In this document: piece by piece, positions 61,596-64,000 of the stretch | How the letters are laid out: every line of letters begins with the position of its first letter | Position numbering within the stretch: position 1 is the first letter of the stretch | Assembly (NCBI RefSeq): GCF_003315245.1 | Contig: NZ_QNRT01000002.1 | Location: forward strand, 478,206-542,205 | DNA length: 64,000 bases | Direction: 5' to 3' | Origin: Arenicella xantha | GTDB lineage: Bacteria; Pseudomonadota; Gammaproteobacteria; Arenicellales; Arenicellaceae | Position numbers and translations under genes: made by a program | The notes under the pieces: generated by a model | What the model was told of the DNA's origin: nothing | The model's input: the letters and a program-made list of their open reading frames with translations, nothing else | Database searches by the model: none

Positions 61596-62336
61596 TCATA
61601 GCGGCGCTCCGTCTAAATCATTTAGTCGTCGATTTGCGAGTTCGATCAGGCTCATAAGACGATCCGGTGTCATAAAACCAGGTTTAAGCTCGCCATTCGG
61701 TAACACGACGGTCGGCGTCGATGTAATGCTCAGCGCTCGTGCTAATGACATTTGCTGATTCAGCTGCGTAGCTTCGCAATTCTGAGGCGCGGGTATCTGT
61801 CCTTGCATTGCATCGGTAATCGCCGCCGCAGGCGTATCAGAACATAGAGCATTGAGTGTCTTGGTATAGGATGCGGAGTCAACTCCGGCCCTTGGAAGCA
61901 TCACGTAGTTCACGGTAATGCCACGTTGATTCATATCGTCCATATAATTATGTAGCTTGCGGCAATAGGGGCAGTCGATGTCGGTGAACACCGTGATCTG
62001 ATGTTTTTGGCCATTGCTACTTGGGTAACGAATGAATAAGGACTCTGGCTGCTCACTCAGCAACGTTTTGCGCGCCAGGGCTTCTTTCTCGGCAACTAGA
62101 TCAACCTGACGTTGGGTATCAATTACTGGCCCAGCAAACACATACCGTCCGTCATGAGTTGTATAGAAGTTAGAGGTACCGACTACCACCGATTTAAGTT
62201 GTGCATCGTGGTCACTGACTTGAATCGATTGATCGCCAAACACCGCTTGCAAACGTTCTTCCAAACCTTCAGCTCGCACTTCGCTGATCGCCCCACAGAC
62301 CATGGCGACATAAAGAGTTAATATGATGTTTTTCAC
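61596..62336 (-). CDS. dsbC: DsbC/DsbG-family disulfide isomerase (active site CPYC)
   Basis: Signal peptide, N-terminal dimerisation region and TDIDCPYCRKLH active site. There is a 4-bp overlap between its start and the dsbA stop. Confidence 0.75.
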   Translation of the reverse strand: MKNIILTLYVAMVCGAISEVRAEGLEERLQAVFGDQSIQVSDHDAQLKSVVVGTSNFYTTHDGRYVFAGPVIDTQRQVDLVAEKEALARKTLLSEQPESLFIRYPSSNGQKHQITVFTDIDCPYCRKLHNYMDDMNQRGITVNYVMLPRAGVDSASYTKTLNALCSDTPAAAITDAMQGQIPAPQNCEATQLNQQMSLARALSITSTPTVVLPNGELKPGFMTPDRLMSLIELANRRLNDLDGAPL

Positions 62337-62438
62337 TGGTTAATTACCTCATGTTGAGGCCGCAGTGTGGGTTAATCGAACGCTATAAATAAAGTATAAA
62401 AATCTATAAGTATCTAAATATCCATATTTATCAGAAAC

Positions 62439-63458
62439 TTAAGACACACCTATCACCCGACTTTCGGTAGTGCTCGCATAATAACTGTCGGTATCTTCAG
62501 GCTCGCAGTAAGAGGTTTTCTTAGTGTCAGTGTTTAATTGTCCGCATTGTGTTTCATAGTTTTCAGGTCTGGTACCGTTGGATTCAGAACCAGAACCATC
62601 AGCGCCTTGCTGCTCACCTGAGGATGCTACCGGCAAGCCTAACTCTCCCTCTAGCATTTCAATTCGTCGCTCGACCACGTCGACCGAACATTGCGCGATC
62701 ACGTTTGCTTGCCCTGACTCTCGCGCATAACGCAGAGCGTCATGCAACCGGCCCTCACGCTGACGCACACGGCTGAGCAAATCCGTAGCGGTCATTTTGT
62801 TGTATGCGTCAAGCGTGGGTTTTTCTAATAGCGCCTGCAACTGTGCTGAAGACTCCGCTGTTTTATCTTGTTTGAGCAGGGTCTCGGCCAAGAACAAGGA
62901 CGACTCCACTGACTCCGGATTCTCAGTCAATGCAAATTCAAACCATTCAGCAGCCAGCTCATTGTCTTCGCGTTCCAATGCCACCACGCCCTTAGAAAAA
63001 GCGCTATGCGCCGGCAGTCGATCGGACTTAGCGGTCGTTATATCGCCCCCGTTCATTGTTGTCGAAATGGTGGCAGTCATTGTGAACCACGCCATCAAAC
63101 AGAGCGCAGCCGAAGCCATGCTTGCAACGAACTTCAGCGGCATGCGAATTGGGCGTCGCACCACCTTAGTCGGCACCGTCCATTGGTATCCTTCATTGGG
63201 CTGGGTTCGCAGGAAATCTGCTCTTAGTGGCGGTTTGCGTAACTCACTGATTAGCTGAAACAAGAGATGATCACGCGCATAGTTCGAGTCCCAAACACTC
63301 GCCATAATCTCTGACTTGGCAATTACTCGCTCGCGATTTTGAATAAGTAAATTCAATAGCTTCTGCGCCTTCGGCCGCAACGCCACTTGCTTGCCTCGAT
63401 GCGTGAGTTGGTAATTCATTGAGTCAAACCTAAACTCATCAAATTTATATACGGTCAT
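62439..63458 (-). CDS. ToxR-like transmembrane transcriptional regulator (wHTH + TM + periplasmic TPR-like domain)
   Basis: Start chosen at MTVYKFDEFRFDS…. OmpR-like wHTH (…KSEIMASVWDSNYARDHLLFQLISELRK…NEGYQW), one TM (LKFVASMASAALCLMAWFTM), periplasmic helical domain. Confidence 0.6.
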   Translation of the reverse strand: MTVYKFDEFRFDSMNYQLTHRGKQVALRPKAQKLLNLLIQNRERVIAKSEIMASVWDSNYARDHLLFQLISELRKPPLRADFLRTQPNEGYQWTVPTKVVRRPIRMPLKFVASMASAALCLMAWFTMTATISTTMNGGDITTAKSDRLPAHSAFSKGVVALEREDNELAAEWFEFALTENPESVESSLFLAETLLKQDKTAESSAQLQALLEKPTLDAYNKMTATDLLSRVRQREGRLHDALRYARESGQANVIAQCSVDVVERRIEMLEGELGLPVASSGEQQGADGSGSESNGTRPENYETQCGQLNTDTKKTSYCEPEDTDSYYASTTESRVIGVS

Positions 63459-63610
63459 TTGAGACACCACTTGGAAGCTTCTATCAGAGTTAATAAGCTT
63501 AGCATATCTCACATAGATCATTTCCTTTGCAGCGGTAGTTAGCAGCCAAGGCTTACCGCGCCCTACGCCCTGCCATTAGCAAAGACACGCTAAATTAATA
63601 CACACATTAA

Positions 63611-64000
63611 TTACCGCAACTCAACAGTGTTAGAGACCACACGTAGATCCCCCCAACTTCTCGGTAGCACAGAATCAGGGCGTGCCTGCAAGAGCCGTTG
63701 TCCCTCATTCCCTAAGCCATAACGAAAGCCATTCACCTGTAGGCTTACATCGGTCTCATGTCGACTCACTGATAAACTGAGTGTGAATGACCGACATTGC
63801 CGGCCATGGCAGGAGAAGCGACTGGTGCCAGCATCAGCACTGGCAATTCCATTGAGCGTCATTGAGTTAACGATCACCGCTTTGGGTTTGACACGCCCCG
63901 TAATAATGTCGCTGTCGGGCGCAGTAACTTTGAGAACCAGCAAACGTTCATCAGCCACGATTTCATCACTTTCAATCCGGACTTCAACGCCCTCTGTAGC
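63611..64000 (-). CDS. Hypothetical protein, N-terminus outside window
   Basis: The minus-strand frame is open to base 64000. No motifs recognised. Confidence 0.3.
   Translation of the reverse strand, partial: ATEGVEVRIESDEIVADERLLVLKVTAPDSDIITGRVKPKAVIVNSMTLNGIASADAGTSRFSCHGRQCRSFTLSLSVSRHETDVSLQVNGFRYGLGNEGQRLLQARPDSVLPRSWGDLRVVSNTVELR

Overview
This 64-kb window reads as a mosaic accessory region of a Gram-negative chromosome, probably a marine gammaproteobacterium. That guess rests on gene content (Tat, DsbA/DsbC, ToxR/CadC-like regulators); I ran no searches and all calls come from reading the translations and DNA by eye.

Main content:
- **Secreted/surface proteins:** a 2116-aa SdrD-B/DUF11 repeat adhesin; a C25 (gingipain/PorU-like) clan-CD peptidase directly downstream of it; an S8 subtilase; two CSLREA/Pmp-repeat beta-helix proteins; and a PD40 beta-propeller protein.
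- **PspA–flotillin–giant ATPase cluster:** a conserved-looking cluster of a YbjN/YjfI-like protein, a PspA/IM30 protein, a YqiJ/NfeD-like membrane protein, a YqiK/flotillin SPFH protein, a small TerB-like protein and a 1794-aa coiled-coil MoxR/AAA_5-type ATPase. I consider this the best candidate for an undescribed membrane-stress or defence module.
- **SPFH–RtcB module:** a second SPFH protein next to an RtcB RNA ligase, followed by a 25-bp perfect inverted repeat and an unknown gene.
- **Integration hotspot:** two degenerate tandem tRNA-like sequences, an IS3 transposase relic with in-frame stops, and a strongly C-depleted tract.
- **Repeat-bounded cassettes:** three 220–300-bp direct repeats (plus one inverted fragment), each carrying the C-terminal tail of a COG1943/RAYT-like transposase gene, partition 37.4–45.0 kb into single-gene cassettes.
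- **Two shared C-terminal tail motifs (possible sorting signals):** ELCxPI…NGxxAxVCL ends two unrelated secreted proteins, and PLPAI(L/F)LLLD ends two others.

No rRNA, CRISPR array or intact IS was found.
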